Source of the DNA: Callorhinchus milii
Lineage: Eukaryota
Direction: 5' to 3'
Assembly: GCF_018977255.1 (NCBI RefSeq)
Contig: NW_024704742.1
Location: 127,164,001-127,228,000 of the forward strand
Length of the DNA: 64,000 nucleotides
The number at the start of each line of letters is the position of its first letter. Within the stretch, counting starts at the first letter, position 1. The notes beneath the pieces are model-generated. The model did no database searches and was not told where the DNA came from. It saw only the letters and a program-made list of their open reading frames with translations. Positions 27,366-40,564 of this stretch are shown here, piece by piece. The position numbers were made by a program, and so were the translations under genes.

Positions 27366-28063
27366 TGTCCATATCTTGCCCAATACCTTGCTCGAGGCCC
27401 CATTTTTCATGTGTGAACCTAGGCAGCTGAGTTTATTTAATCTCCTCCCTGGCTCGGAGAAAGGAGGCCAATTAGAGCATTTCAACTCTATTTCTAAGGA
27501 CTGGAAAACAAGTGGTTTCTCTTACTAGGGTAGGCCAGGCTGAGATCAATGACAAACCAATTGTTCGGTCTTCCCATTATGAAATGGCTGCACAAATAAA
27601 ATGTGACTTTTTTTAAAATTTTCCGTATAATGCTAGTTCATTTTCTTCATTGTTCGTACTTTGTCCAATTGCTGTGCTGAGAAGGAAAATTGGGTGATCT
27701 GCTCCCAAGGTTTTCTAATGGCTCTCTAGAAGTAGTCACTTGGAGCTGCAGGAAAACAGCGTGAGGTGATGCATCTGACAATTTGCTTTACTTTCCCGCT
27801 GAGGAAATGTCTACACTTGCACTAGCAGCTCACATCAGAGCTCCTCGTCTATATGAGAAAATGCGAATACAGGCTTACGCGCATCCCACCATCCTTCGGT
27901 GCAGTTCATTAAAGCTCCAAGGTACAGTGCCACCTACTGGGACGTATCATTTAATACAACAGATTCCAACTAAATGTGGGTTGCTTTATTTTTTAAACTA
28001 TATTTGCAGCTGTATTAATGTTGATCTGGTTTAATGTCACAGAATGAACGTAGTTTATTCAGC

Positions 28064-28221
28064 AGCTGTTTGTGGGATACTGCTGGATGCAATTGACTGC
28101 CGCATTTCACCCACAAAATATACAATCAATTCACTTCACAATATATTCTGTGAAGCACTTTGAGAGATCTCGAAGACGTAATAAGGCGCTATATCAAATG
28201 CAAGGATTATTATTATTATTA
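28064..28221 (+). mobile_element. SINE 3' half
   Basis: Core, stem-loop and (TTA)n tail ending about 20 nt before the exon 7 acceptor. Confidence 0.85.
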
Positions 28222-28241
28222 ATATAGCTTCATCATTTCAG

Positions 28242-28386
28242 GTTGAAGCTGAAAGAAGAAAGCGAGCCACGGTGTTGGAATCTGAAGGGACCAGAGAATC
28301 TCAGATCAATGTTGCTGAAGGAAAGAAGCAAGCTCGAATTTTAGCTTCTGAAGCAGAAAAGGCAGAACAGATCAATCAAGCTGCAG
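28242..28386 (+). CDS. STOML2: STOML2 exon 7
   Basis: VEAERRKRATVLESEGTRESQINVAEGKKQARILASEAEKAEQINQAA; 145 nt. Confidence 0.97.
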
Positions 28387-28851
28387 GTTGGATTTTCACT
28401 GTGGACTATTTGTTTTAATTATGTCATTCACGCTTCACAAAGTTAGTTCTACTTAGAAAATCAAAGGTTCTGCTTAGGTGGCTTACCATATCCCAAATGT
28501 TCTATGAGTAATTTAAATTGCATTTTTTTAAAGTCCGTTTAATTTTCTCCTCTCCTGGAATCACTGAGTTCTGTTGGAGTCAGGTGCTACATGTGCTAGT
28601 TATCCTCGGGTGCCTGAATATTGACAGGTCACGCAAATGTGTGAACCTCCTTGGCCTATCTCAGACTTACTGAACCTGTGCGTAACCTAGGTGTCAGGTT
28701 TGATTCCCAGTTGTCTCACCTACCCCATATCCGATGCCTGACCAAGACTGCTTTCCTCCACCTCCGGCACATTGGGTGATCTGCTTCCACCATACTTCAC
28801 ACCCAACCATACTTCACACACAATCCTGCCGAAACCCTTATCCGTGCATTT

Positions 28852-29170
28852 GGAGTCCTGTAGCTCAGTGGTTAGAGCACTCGCTTTGCAAGCGAGAGAC
28901 CTGAGTTCAATTCCAGGCAGAGGGCGAAACCTTGGGCAAGTTTCCTTACTCCACACAGAGCCTAATAATAATCCCTCCAAAACCAAAAACAATAATAAAT
29001 TGGTCATTTTCAATCTACGACTGTTTGTGGGACATTGCTGTGCGCAATTGGCTGCCGCGTTCGCCCACAAATATACAGTCAATTCACTTTACAGTATGTT
29101 CTGTGAAGCGCTTTGGGACGTCCTCCCGACGTGAAAAGCGCTATATCAAATGCAAGAATTATTATTATTA
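28852..29170 (+). mobile_element. Full-length SINE nested in an old L2 fragment (about 28760-29340)
   Basis: Near-identical to the 18877 copy; flanks rejoin as L2 ETLIRAFVTSHLGYSNALL. Confidence 0.92.
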
Positions 29171-30935
29171 TTTGTCACCTCCCACCTCGGCTATTCCAAT
29201 GCTCTCCTCGCCAGTCTCCAGAGCTTCACCATTCATAAAATGCAACTAATCCAAAACTCTGGTGCCTGTGTCCTCACCCGCACAAAAATCTGTATCCCCA
29301 TCATTCCAGTCCTTGCCAGGCTCAAGTGGCTTGCCTGTGGCACTATTTTAACAGGACTATTGTGGCACTATTTTAACTCAGTGCAACAAGTTATAGCAAC
29401 CTGGCCAGTATTCTTCTCGCATCAAAAATCACCAAAGAATAAATCCCCATTTTAAATTGTTATTAAATTTGTGATCATTTGTGGGAGGTAGGTGAAATGT
29501 TTGTTGACATAAACAATATTCACTACAAAGCAGCCTGCGTTTTTGTAAGACACTATATATCAAAATATTTATTGTTTTCCAAGGCTATAATCTGTTATAT
29601 TTATAACCTGTTGCAGTGAGTTTGATGTTTGTAAATGAGAAAGGCTCAAAACAGAGATGAAAGCCATGTAACACTGTAACTCAGGTGGACGCTTTATTTA
29701 TTCGATGAATGTTAAGCTCAAGGTTCAAAGTTGTTCTGGAATATGATCTACTGATATTACAAGTTTGTGCAATCCAACCAATTGCTTTGAAGCAATGTAA
29801 TGATAATAATAAAATGTCCAATTGAACTGTTACTGTTGGTTATTGCAACTTTGGAAAGTCTTAGGTATCCTATCATCTATGCTGCCCTTAAGCAGTTCAG
29901 AACGTGACACATGTCTGCAACTGCCAGGATGGTGGATGACGAACTGGATGGACCTTGGTCTTGCATTTATTCCGATCCGTCCCTTAAAAGTATCTGTAAT
30001 GGAATTACTTAAGCTTTTACGATAAAATTGCTGATATCCAAGTTATTATGATGCTGGCAAACTGATGACCCACAAGTCGGAATTTTTTTTGTGTGGGCAA
30101 ATACACCATGATACCAGCTATCATGCCTTCTTATAATTGGGGAGTATAAGAGGCTCACTGTGGTTACCTTAAAATCCACTACATGGACTGCTGCTGATTG
30201 ACATGTTGTGGGTTTATAATTTGAATTTTTTTAATACACATAATTGTGTGGTTTTTTTAGCTAAACAAAATTCAGTCAATAGACTCTTGGTCACTAGGTT
30301 ACATTGATATATACCGAGCCACGTGGTAATATTTTACACAGTCAAAATTTGGGCCATTGATGTTAGGCAACTTGAACGAAATTGATTGAAGCAAAATGGG
30401 GGTGACATAAGGGATTAGAAGTGAGTCAATTCCTCACTCATGGAATAGTTGTATGTCATGTTTTTTCTTTGTAACAAGTCAGATTTTGATTTCATTACTC
30501 AATTCAGTCGGAAATTCAGCAACAGCATTGGCATTTCATGTTGTACGCTATAGTCAATAGGCACTTCTTTGAATCTTACTGTTTATAGAGCTTAGATTGA
30601 TAAACTATGAAATTGCTTCAGGTATATTTAAAATCAAGGCTTGTGTCACCTGGTTGCTTTGTGACCTATCCTGTGTTTTTCCAACCCATTTAAATGTTTT
30701 TGATGTCCTCCACTATGGTCCTTGGTCTTTCATTTCAATAATAAAAAACCTGCTCTTTCGTCTGTGGTAACTTTTCTAAACTCGATCTAACTTTCCCAAC
30801 CAAATTAATTTCATTTGTACGTATTAATAAGAAGTCATTAGTGTAAAAAGGCACCGAATGTGTTTGTGCTTTAGACATAAATTGTTTGCGACTTAATTCA
30901 ATCTGTCTTATCATTGACTATTTATTTGTTTACAG

Positions 30936-31015
30936 GTGAGGCCAGTGCAGTCATAGCAAAAGCAAATGCTAAAGCACAAGCCATTGAAATGCTTTCTCAA
31001 GTCCTTTCACAGCAG
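30936..31015 (+). CDS. STOML2: STOML2 exon 8
   Basis: GEASAVIAKANAKAQAIEMLSQVLSQQ; 80 nt. Confidence 0.96.
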
Positions 31016-31125
31016 GTAATCATCAGTGAATCTGTGATGTGACATGAAGTAAATTATACTTTTATGTTTTTTACAAAGAACTGACTAGGATTCGCTTTTC
31101 ATTTTTCTCTCCCTCTGACTGACAG

Positions 31126-31254
31126 CATGGAGGTCAAGCAGCATCGTTGACTGTGGCAGAACAGTATGTGTCTGCCTTTGGGAATATGGCCAAACAGAGC
31201 AATACAATTATTCTTCCTTCAAACACAAGTGACATTACTAGCATGGTGACCCAG
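31126..31254 (+). CDS. STOML2: STOML2 exon 9
   Basis: HGGQAASLTVAEQYVSAFGNMAKQSNTIILPSNTSDITSMVTQ; 129 nt. Confidence 0.97.
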
Positions 31255-31899
31255 GTAAGATGTATTCTGACCTATTCTCGGCCTAAGATTTAGACTAACC
31301 ACAATCCTTCTGAACGTTCTCGTGAGTCAATGGTCATAAGAACGGTGGAGCTGTATCAGAGACCATTGAAAGCTTGAGCCAACCTTTTCATTGCTCAGCG
31401 TAATTTACAAAGTCAAAAAGGAAATATGCAAAACCAATTAAAAAAAAATTCACAAATACATTTGATGCATTTTAAATGTTGTGATGGTAAGCCTGCCCTG
31501 TCTGTCTATGGGACGCCATTGAAGTGGGATAAGACTACTTAAAGGTAGTTGTTATCTCTTCACTTTGCCCATGTTCAAAATGATGACAGTGGTAAGAGTT
31601 GTAAGACTTGTGTTAACTGCTGAAAATTATTCGCCCTGTGCAAAACATATATTATATTGTGGTAGAATTGCGATGCTCATCCATCATTCACGTCAGCTAA
31701 GGAATGTTGCTGTTTTTCAGAATAATATCTCATCCTCAAAAATAATTTCTTATTGAATTTAAGTTTTGTAGCTTTCTTTGTAGTAAGATGCACGATGGTG
31801 TACATATTGTTATGCATAGATTTCTGTGTGTGCAGCATTGTATTTTGTCGGTGTCTTGATCTATCTGAACACTAGTCTGTCTTTATTGTATGTGTGCAG

Positions 31900-32019
31900 G
31901 CCATGGGAATTTATAACAGCCTTACCAAAAAGCCATTATTGAAAGAAAAGGCAGAGGCAATTGATGTGGATAAATCACAGCTAATCAGTGGAAGGCGAAC
32001 ATTTCCTTCTGACACCTAG
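31900..32019 (+). CDS. STOML2: STOML2 exon 10 (last coding exon, TAG stop)
   Basis: AMGIYNSLTKKPLLKEKAEAIDVDKSQLISGRRTFPSDT*. Confidence 0.93.
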   Translation, partial: AMGIYNSLTKKPLLKEKAEAIDVDKSQLISGRRTFPSDT

Positions 32020-32425
32020 TGGTTTGAAATTTCTACCGAAGGATGGATGACGTATTGTAACCTCCAGATTCTGACGATTTCCAAGTTCAAGAAATGCATG
32101 CATGTCATGCTCATACCAGAACATTTTTGTATTCTTGAAAGAGCTTTTTGTTGTTTGGGTGCTTGTCACAGATTTTCCAGCTGTATCATGGAAATATGAA
32201 AAAAAANCCTGTCTGAAATAATGGGATTAGTATATTCCCTGGAGGGTGAAATCAAAGTTTAATTGATGCTCTTCACTGAAAATAATTGTTACATGAATTT
32301 TTTAGCCGGTATTATTTTTATTAAGAACACATTCACGTCGCTTTTGCTGAAGACATTGAACGGCTTTAGCAAATTTGTAACCAGTTAGTCTGGTCCCAGT
32401 GTGAGATCTTTAACCTCAGTAAGAA

Positions 32426-32431
32426 AATAAA
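32426..32431 (+). terminator. Candidate STOML2 polyadenylation signal
   Basis: AATAAA about 400 nt after the stop codon. Confidence 0.45.
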
Positions 32432-35040
32432 TACAATGGAATAGCAACAAACAAATGAATCTTGTGATCAGTATATCCCTGAGAGAAAATTTCGTGACAA
32501 AATTGGGGGTGAAAGAACTTTGATTTTTAAAGCAAAGCAATGAAAAAGCTGAATGAATATACTGTTACAAATAAGATATTTCATACATGTTTCCTGTGGT
32601 TTGTTCACTAGAAATCAAATTGGTAAGGAAATTGGAGGAAATAAAAACCATTATGAAAGACGACCAAGTTAATCTATTAATTTGACCTGAATTAGAAAAT
32701 CGTTGCGTACAATTTGGTTGACAGTTTTCAACCAGTATTGTCCTCTCAATTTTGCAATTATGTGTTTGCCCGTTAACCCAGTATTTAATGACACTGCATA
32801 GATTGGTCCGATATGGGTTTGATGTCCGTGATCCATAATCCCAACAAGTTACCTGTTTCTTCAGTGCTGTATATTTGGAAGCATTATTCAGTGCTGCTTT
32901 CCCACAAGGAGTAAGTTGGCAAATTGGCAGCTGTGCACCTCGGGAGCCATTTGCTAGCATCCTGTACGTCTGCTCAGCTGGCTCTGGCCTCCTGTTCGTC
33001 CCTTGGCCCATCCGCTCCGCCATCGGTGGCCGTGCCTTCAGCCACTACACCCCGAAACTCTGGAATTCAATCTCTCCTCTTTTCAAAAAAAAATCCCACT
33101 ATATCCTCACACACCAAACTGATGTCTCATAGGGATAAGAGAGTGTGAAGTTGGCACCAATTTAGGAAAGAACATCCATAAGTGATGAATGATTCACATT
33201 CTGAACCACCAATTTTGGTTGTAAGAGCCCAAGGTAGAGAATGGTTTTCTTTGTTGCACAGTCTGATCCTATCCATTAGTCTGTCACTGATAGAAGTTGA
33301 ACAGACAGCTTTCATCTGTCATTGGTGACTGATGGTTCAGACTCGACTTGGTATTTTAAAAGCTCTGGTTTAAGTTATATGATGAATAATCACAACAGGA
33401 AATGGTGGACAGTCGAAAAAAAACAGAAGCACTATACGATCTAGACTGATGTGACTGTACCATCTTTCTGCATTATTGTTAAAACTTTTAATACGTAGTT
33501 TATGTACCTAGAGTGAAATAGCCATATAGATTGGATGCTAGGTTTTGTCCTTGGACTATGCTGGAGTGGCAATTGGCTTCAGTACCTCTCATCTTGTCTA
33601 GGCTGAGAGAAACGGTCAATCCTGAACGTTACCAAAGGATTCCTGCTGGAAATCCTGTGTGGGTATTGGGTTCTTCCTCCCTCCTCAACCCAGTGACCCT
33701 CAAACTCACACTTAAGCAAGTCTATGGAGTGCTGTATTCCTGTATACATCTGCATAAATCACCACTTCAGAAGAAAACAGAAGGGAAAATTAGAAAAAAT
33801 GTTTATTGCCATCTGCTTTATTCCAAACTATATTTATCCAGTTCACCATTCTGCTGGAGTGAGTAACGGTGCTATTCAAAATACAGGGAGGGTGAAACAT
33901 TTGTTGTATTCATTACAGATTTCCCACTCCTGAAATCCTTCCTGTGTGCTTCAGGCTGAAGTCAAGGGTAAGAGGGGTGTCTGAAAAACTCTTTATATGA
34001 GTACCTTTTATCCAAAGAATGAAGCATCCAGACGATTGAATTTTGCAAATGTGTCAAACTAGTTAGTCATATGCAGCAGTTTGTGTGAAATACTTTGGGA
34101 CTACACCCATGTGGTTGATTCCCCAATGTGCTTCTTTACATTTGCAGCATTAAGCTCAAATAAACTGATAGCAGTGCAGTGGAGTAATAACATAAGTGCA
34201 AATTCACTGAGCCTTGATGCGGATTTTGAAAACTGCATAAAAATGAGGCTTCTTTGTGGTGCTTGCAAATAGCTTTTTCTGTGCTGCAAACACATGTGAC
34301 ATTGATGACCTTAGCCTTGAAGTGGAACTTTTGTCAGGTTTGTATTTGTTGATATAAGATGTGTTAAATTAAGCAACGTGGCAGAACAGGTTACCACTGA
34401 ACTGCACTCATCGTGCGGTTAAGTGCACACAAGTTGTTGCAGTTCTTCAAGCAGCAAGTTCCTAACCTTTATCTGTGCTGTCAGCAGCAGCCACTGACCA
34501 AAGGCCACCCAATTTTACCAACACTTTTGATAAAAGTGTAAAGAGTGCGAAAAAGGAGCAGCTGTAAACAGATACCCAAAAGAAGAAGAAAAATGAAAGA
34601 AGAATCTTATGGTGTCCCTGGAAAAACAGGAACATTGTTCTCAGTGAAGCTGGAAAATAGTGAACAATCGTTGAGAAATTGTCAGTGTTAATATGAGAGG
34701 GCACAACAATACTGATGACCCTGTTTGGCAAATGTAATTTTGTTGCTGTTGTTTGGCAAAGCCATGTTTGCAAAGAATGGGTCTCACGATGCTTGATGTA
34801 TTTCTTGATTCTTGACTTTGGAACATATTATATTTCCTGAAGGCTTTGATCGCAGGGTTTGTGACTTTTCTAAAGGTCATATTGCACCACATTGCAGGAA
34901 CTGTTTTCTTAAAATGTTGACGGGAGACTGGCTCCTGTCACCCCCCCTGCAGAAAAACTTTCAGATCCATGATGACCTTCAAATCTCTTTATCCGCCTAT
35001 CCCATCTTACCTCTGTAATCTCTTCCAACACTATTCTCCT

Positions 35041-35065
35041 NNNNNNNNNNNNNNNNNNNNNNNNN
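35041..35065. other. Assembly gap (25 N), likely hiding the 5' exons of PIGO
   Basis: Run of N; PIGO N-terminal exons not found between STOML2 and 36721. Confidence 0.9.
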
Positions 35066-35501
35066 GTGACAATGGGGTCTTAATTTGCAGGGATTCATAG
35101 CGAGATCCCAAAATACTGAATCGGAAATATGTTCCCTGATGTTTCTCACACCAACCCGGCAAACCCTGCTTGAATGTTATTCTGCCATAATTAGACATAA
35201 TGAATAAATAATCCTTACATCTGATACAGCTGCTTATCACTTCACAGACGTTAAATCATCTCATTGTCTAAGTGAAGAGTTTTGGCAACAAATCTGTCTG
35301 TCTGGTGTGTGGTGATATTGCAGTGCTCCAAGAGATTATCATGTGTGATATTTCAGAATCCTGTTAAAACTCCCACAAATTGGACTAATTGTTGAATTAA
35401 AAGAGCAAAGTTGGCAGGTTGAGTCTGACAAGTTGTCTGCTGATATTTGGGGGCATTAGTGTCACCTTCACGTACATCACAAGAAACAAATTACTCAAGA
35501 A

Positions 35502-36240
35502 TAACTTTCATTTATAAGCGCCCTTCATGCAGGGTAGTGCCCGGAGCATTTGATAATGGCAGAGTCTGACATCGAGCCAGAGGGAGGGGGGAGGTGATCG
35601 TAAGCACGATCAAAAAGGAAGGTCTTTAGGCAGGATTTGAAAGTGAGGAGGGAGGGGGCAAGGAGGAGGCATTCAGAGAGGGAGAGTTTCGGGACCCAGT
35701 GGGTGAAAGCATGGCCACCAGTGGTGGAGCAGAGGGGACGTGGGACGAACAGGAGACTGGAGCCAGCTGAGCAGAGGCAGTGGGGGGTAAGCAGATCGGG
35801 TAGGGCGGGAGGTGATTGGAAAAACAAGTGAGAGGATCTTGAAATCGATCCGTTCGGTGATTGGGAGCCAGTGGAGCCTAGCGACAATTGGTGTGGTGGG
35901 AGTACAGAGTTTTAACTGTTTGTGGGACACTGCTGTGCACAATTGGCTGATGCGTTTTGGCCACAAAATATACAGTCAATTCACTTTACAGTATATTCTG
36001 TGAAGTGTTTTGACACATCTCGAAGACGTGATAAGACGCTATATCAAATGCAAGGATTATTATTATTGTTGAGCAGGTGAGTATCCGGGCGGTGCAGTTT
36101 TGGATTAATTGGATTTTGGACAATGTGACGGAGGTGGAAAAAAGCGATCCTGGTTAGGAAATGGATGTGGGGTAGAAAGGGAAGCTGGCATCGAACCTGA
36201 TGCTTAAATTGCGCATGGGTTTGGAGAGTCTGCGGGAGAG
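35502..36240 (-). mobile_element. Old L2 fragment with a + strand SINE piece inserted (35915-36067)
   Basis: [17 protein letters not shown] on the minus strand; SINE core and (TTA)n. Confidence 0.8.
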
Positions 36241-36720
36241 CCCAGGGAGATGGATTGTGCTATTTTATGGAGTATAGTGCAACTATGTTCCCTGTCCTGC
36301 TTTCATATGAAGAATGGGCCCTTGTGTGAAGAATCAGTAGTTGGTATTACAGAAAGAAACATATAATAGTCTTTTTAATAGAAATAATGCTTGTCAACAT
36401 ATTCCACTTGTTTAGCTTTGCTTTTGACCATAGGCCTGGCAAAACCTTTCTATTTGAAAAGACGTACTGAGTTTCTCCCAGTATCCTGGCCAAGAATTCG
36501 CTCAGTAAAATCGGAAAATCACTTAATTGTAGGACATTGCTGTGTGCAAATTGGCTGCTGTGTTCACCCACAAAACACACAGTCACTCCACTTTACTCTA
36601 TATGCTTTGAAGCACTTTGAGATGTCCTCCTAGAATTAAAGGTGCTATATCAAATATAAGGATAATTATTATTGGTATTATAGCTCGTTTTGAATATTAC
36701 TCATATTGTGCTATTTGCAG

Positions 36721-36844
36721 TGGAAAGCAGTGACTGGGACGTCCTCATTGCACACTTTCTGGGAGTTGACCACTGTGGCCACAGATATGGACCTGATCAT
36801 CCTGCAATGGCGGACAAGCTCAACCAGATGAATGAGATGCTGAG
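36721..36844 (+). CDS. PIGO: PIGO (GPI ethanolamine phosphate transferase 3) exon
   Basis: [40 protein letters not shown]; 124 nt; alkaline-phosphatase-superfamily metal-ligand motif. Confidence 0.96.
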
Positions 36845-36940
36845 GTACGTTTGACATCAGAATTTGCAGTTAATGTTTGGAGGAGGAATTGTAATGCGTT
36901 TCATACAGGTTATTAAAAATTCACATTGGTACTTACTCTA

Positions 36941-38366
36941 CAACACAAGAACAACAACAAGATTCCATTTATAAAGCGCCTTTCACGTCAGGAGGACGTC
37001 CCAAGGCGCTGCACAGTTGGGTCATGACCCGAGCAGGGGGGAAATGGTCAGGGTGAGGGGAGGGACGGGAGGGAGCGAGGAGGGGGAAATGGTCAGGGTG
37101 AGGGGAGGGAAGGGAGGGAGCGAGGAGGGGAAGAGATTCGAGAGGGGAGCTGAAGGCTCGGTCAAAGAGAAAGGTTTTGAGACCGGCCTTGAAGGAGGAA
37201 AGGGAGGAAGCAAGGCGAAGGCACTGGGGGATAGAGTTCCAGAGCCTGGGGCTGAGAGGCTGAAGGCCCGACCACCGATGGTAGGGTGGTTGGGGCGGGG
37301 GACGGAGGGTACGGGCAGTTAGGTAGGGGGATAGTAGGTTGGAGAGGTAGGAGGGAGCAAGGCCGTGAATGGCCTTGTAGGTGAGGATGAGGATCTTGAA
37401 ATCAATCCTCTGGGGGATGGGGAGCCAGTGGAGGCGAGCGAGGGTGGGAGTGATGTGGTCCCGAAGCCTGGTGCGGGACAGTACACGAGCTGCAGAGTTC
37501 TGAATGACCTGCAGCTTGTGGAGGGAGGTGCCGGGAAGGCCGGCGAGGAGAGAGTTCCCATAGTCCAGCCTTGAGGTGACAAAGGCGTGGACCAGGGTTT
37601 CAGCAGCGTGAGGGGTGAGGTAGTGCCGTAGTCTGGCGATGTTCCGGAGGTGATGGAAGGCGGTGCCAGTTGTGGTGCGGATGTGAGGGAGAAAGGACAG
37701 CTCAGGGTCGAACAAAACGCCGAGGTTCCTGACTGGCTTTGAGAGGTGGAGAGTGCAGCCTTGGATGCTGATGGTGTCGGCGCCTGAGGTGCGGAGGCGC
37801 TGACGTGAGCCAATCAGGAGGGCCTCGGTTTTTCGCACGTTGAGCTGAAGAAAGTTGTCTCTCGTCCAGGACTCGATGTCGGACAGGCAGGCTGTCAGGA
37901 CATCGGTGGTCGTGGAGTTGAGAGTAGAGGAGGAAAGGTAGAGTTGGGTGTCATCCGCATACATGTGGAAGTTAACTCCATGTCTGCGGATGATGTCACC
38001 GAGGGGGAGCATATAGAGGGTGAAGAGGAGGGGACCGAGGACAGAGCCCTGAGGGACACCACATGAGACAGTACGGGGGGTGGAGGAGAAGCCATTCGTC
38101 GAGACAAAGTGAAGACGGTGAGAAAGGTACGACCTAAACCACTCAAGGACAGTGCCTTGAAGGTTGAGGTGGGAGGACAAGCGGTGGAGTAGGATAGCGT
38201 GGTCGACCGTATCGAATGCTGCCGATAGGTCGAGGAGGACGAGGAGGCAGAGGGAGCCCTGGTCACAGATGGTCAGGATATCATTGGTGACCTTGACCAG
38301 GGCAGTTTCTGTGCTATGGGCAGCACGGAAACCTGACTGAAGGGGTTCGAAAAGTGAATGGGTGGA
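36941..38366 (-). mobile_element. Young 5'-truncated L2 LINE (RT domain to tail)
   Basis: Near-identical reverse complement of 43110-44602; YADD RT motif. Confidence 0.96.
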
Positions 38367-38389
38367 ACACAAGTTTACTGCAGGAAGGT

Positions 38390-38790
38390 ATCTTAAAGCA
38401 CTTGACATTGCTCTCTTGAGACCCAAGCTAGGGTGTGAGCTGAGGCAAGTGAAGAAGAGAAAGATGACTGAAAACCACACTCAAAAAGGTACTTGTGAGA
38501 TGGGCCTTGAACAAGGGGAGGGAGCGAGTCAGAGTGTCTTCGGGTTGGAGTGCCAGAGAGCCGAGGCAGAATGGCTGAAAGCCTGTCCGCTGAGGGTGGA
38601 GATGATAGTGTGGGGACATGAAGCGGACTAGTGTTTGATGAATTAGCGTGGTCAGTGTGGTTGAGGGAGATTGCAAAGTTAGGGTGGGGCAAGACTTTGA
38701 AGGTGATAATGAACACCTTGAACTCTTGATCTGCTAATGGATGGGGAGCCAGAGGATCCAAGCAAGGGTGGTGGTGATAAGCTCTCAGAG
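38390..38790 (-). mobile_element. Old degraded L2 3' fragment
   Basis: Remnants such as FKVFIITFKVL and SLPLFKAHLTSTFL. Confidence 0.7.
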
Positions 38791-38974
38791 GTCTTAAAAG
38801 CCTGGTGTGGGGTCTTAAAAGCCTTTACTTTTACATTCAATCCACCTGTGTGTATAATCTGGTATCCCATCTGGGCTTTTAATGTTCCACTTTTTCCACT
38901 TGCAATCCCACTTGTACATTTATACTTGGTGCTTTCCTGGAAAGCAATTCTGTAACTATTCACTCGTCACTTAA

Positions 38975-40026
38975 TCATCTCCACAGACGGTTTCTCCTCT
39001 AGCCCCTACACCGTCTCATGCAGCATTCCTCAGGGCTCCTCCTCTTTGCTATCTATATGCTCTCTCTTGGTGACATCATCCGCAAACACGGGGTCAATTT
39101 CCACATGTATACGGATCACACCCAACTCTATCTCTTTGCCTTCGCCCTTGACGTCAGGACCATTGCTGTCCTGACAGATTGTCCGTCAGACATCAAGTCC
39201 TGGATGAGAGGTAACTTTCTTCAATTAAATATCAACAAGACCGTCTCTACATCTCAGGCGCTGACAGCATCACCATCCACGGATGCACACTCCATCCTAC
39301 TAAGCCAGTCCGGAACCTTGGTGTCTTGCTTGACTCTCAACTATCCTTTCTACCCCACATCCGTGCCATGATTCCATTCTGCCTTCCCTCACCTCTGCGA
39401 CATCGCCTGGCTCCGACACTGTCTGCCGCAGGCCGCCGAAAACCTCATACACGCATTCATAACATCCGGTCTCGACTATGCAAACTCATTGCTTGTCGTC
39501 TTCCCTAACTCCTCCCTCCAAAGGCTGCAGATCATGCAGAACTCTGCACTCTCCCGCACCAGGCTCCACGACCCTACCACTCACATCCTCGCCCGACTCC
39601 ACTGACTTCCCATCACACAGAGGATACAGTTCAAGATCCTGGTCCTCAGCTTCAAAGCCTTGCTCCCCTCTCCTCTGCGACCTAACCCCCACCAATCTGC
39701 CTGCACCCTCCGCTCAGCAGGCTCCGGCCTTCTTCACTTCCCCCACCTCACCCGCCCCACAATTGGCAGGCGAGCCTTCAGCCACTCTGCCCCCACCCTC
39801 TGGAACTCCATCCCATAGCCTCACCCTCTCTCTTGCCTCCTTCAAGACCCATCTCAAGACCCTCTACTTTGACTGTGCCTTCGATCACCCTCCTTCACCC
39901 CCTGGTCTCTACCCTCCCCAATCCCGACCCCCAGCTCGGGTCCAAAACACTGATTGTCCAGCGCCTTGGGATGTCCTCCCATTGTGAAAGGCGCTATACA
40001 AACGTAATTTTGTTGTTGTTGTTGTT
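38975..40026 (+). mobile_element. Degraded L2 LINE fragment
   Basis: [27 protein letters not shown], stem-loop, (TTG)n. Confidence 0.9.
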
Positions 40027-40404
40027 AATGAACTTTATTGAATACCATAAAATACAAATTTACATTTCTGAAATGCCTTTCACTTCAGGAGGACCAGAGA
40101 CCTCCCAAGTTTGAGGTTTCTGACTGTAAACATTTGGAGAAGCCTTGCCAGTGTAATGCTTCATTTAATCTAAAACAGTGTAAAAAAATGACAATGTTTT
40201 AAGTAAATGAAGGGAAATATATTGGAAAGATTGATTCTCCTCCAGTGTTTATCTTATGAATGAATGTCCAAAGATGAGAACATCACATATAATTAGGGTT
40301 TTCCTTGTGTGTACTATTTTGTGGACGTATTTGCAGTCGTCAATTCAGCTGTAAAATTCCTTTTTTTTTGCTGTAACAAGTCATTGTGTGTATCTTGGTC
40401 TTAG

Positions 40405-40564
40405 GTCAGTGATTGACCGGGTGCAAAATGATACACTGTTGGTGGTTCTGGGGGATCATGGGATGACGAGCACTGGCGATCATGGAGGTGAAAGTGAGGC
40501 GGAAGTCAATGCAGCATTATTTATTTACAGCCCACTGCCACTGTTCATGTCGGCGTTACCAAGG
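40405..40564 (+). CDS. PIGO: PIGO exon
   Basis: [43 protein letters not shown]...; 160 nt. Confidence 0.97.

Noticed and set aside
28720..29249. Recurrent ORFs such as MTVYLWANAAANCAQQ and MGKFPYSTQSL
   Set aside because: Translations of SINE copies; they recur because the SINE recurs
30931..30941. AG|GTGAG at the STOML2 exon 8 start as a recursive splice site
   Set aside because: Explained by the conserved Gly-Glu codons
36969..38480. 503-aa minus-strand ORF as a host gene or domesticated RT
   Set aside because: A truncated L2 RT fused by chance to upstream L2 debris; near-identical to the other L2 copy
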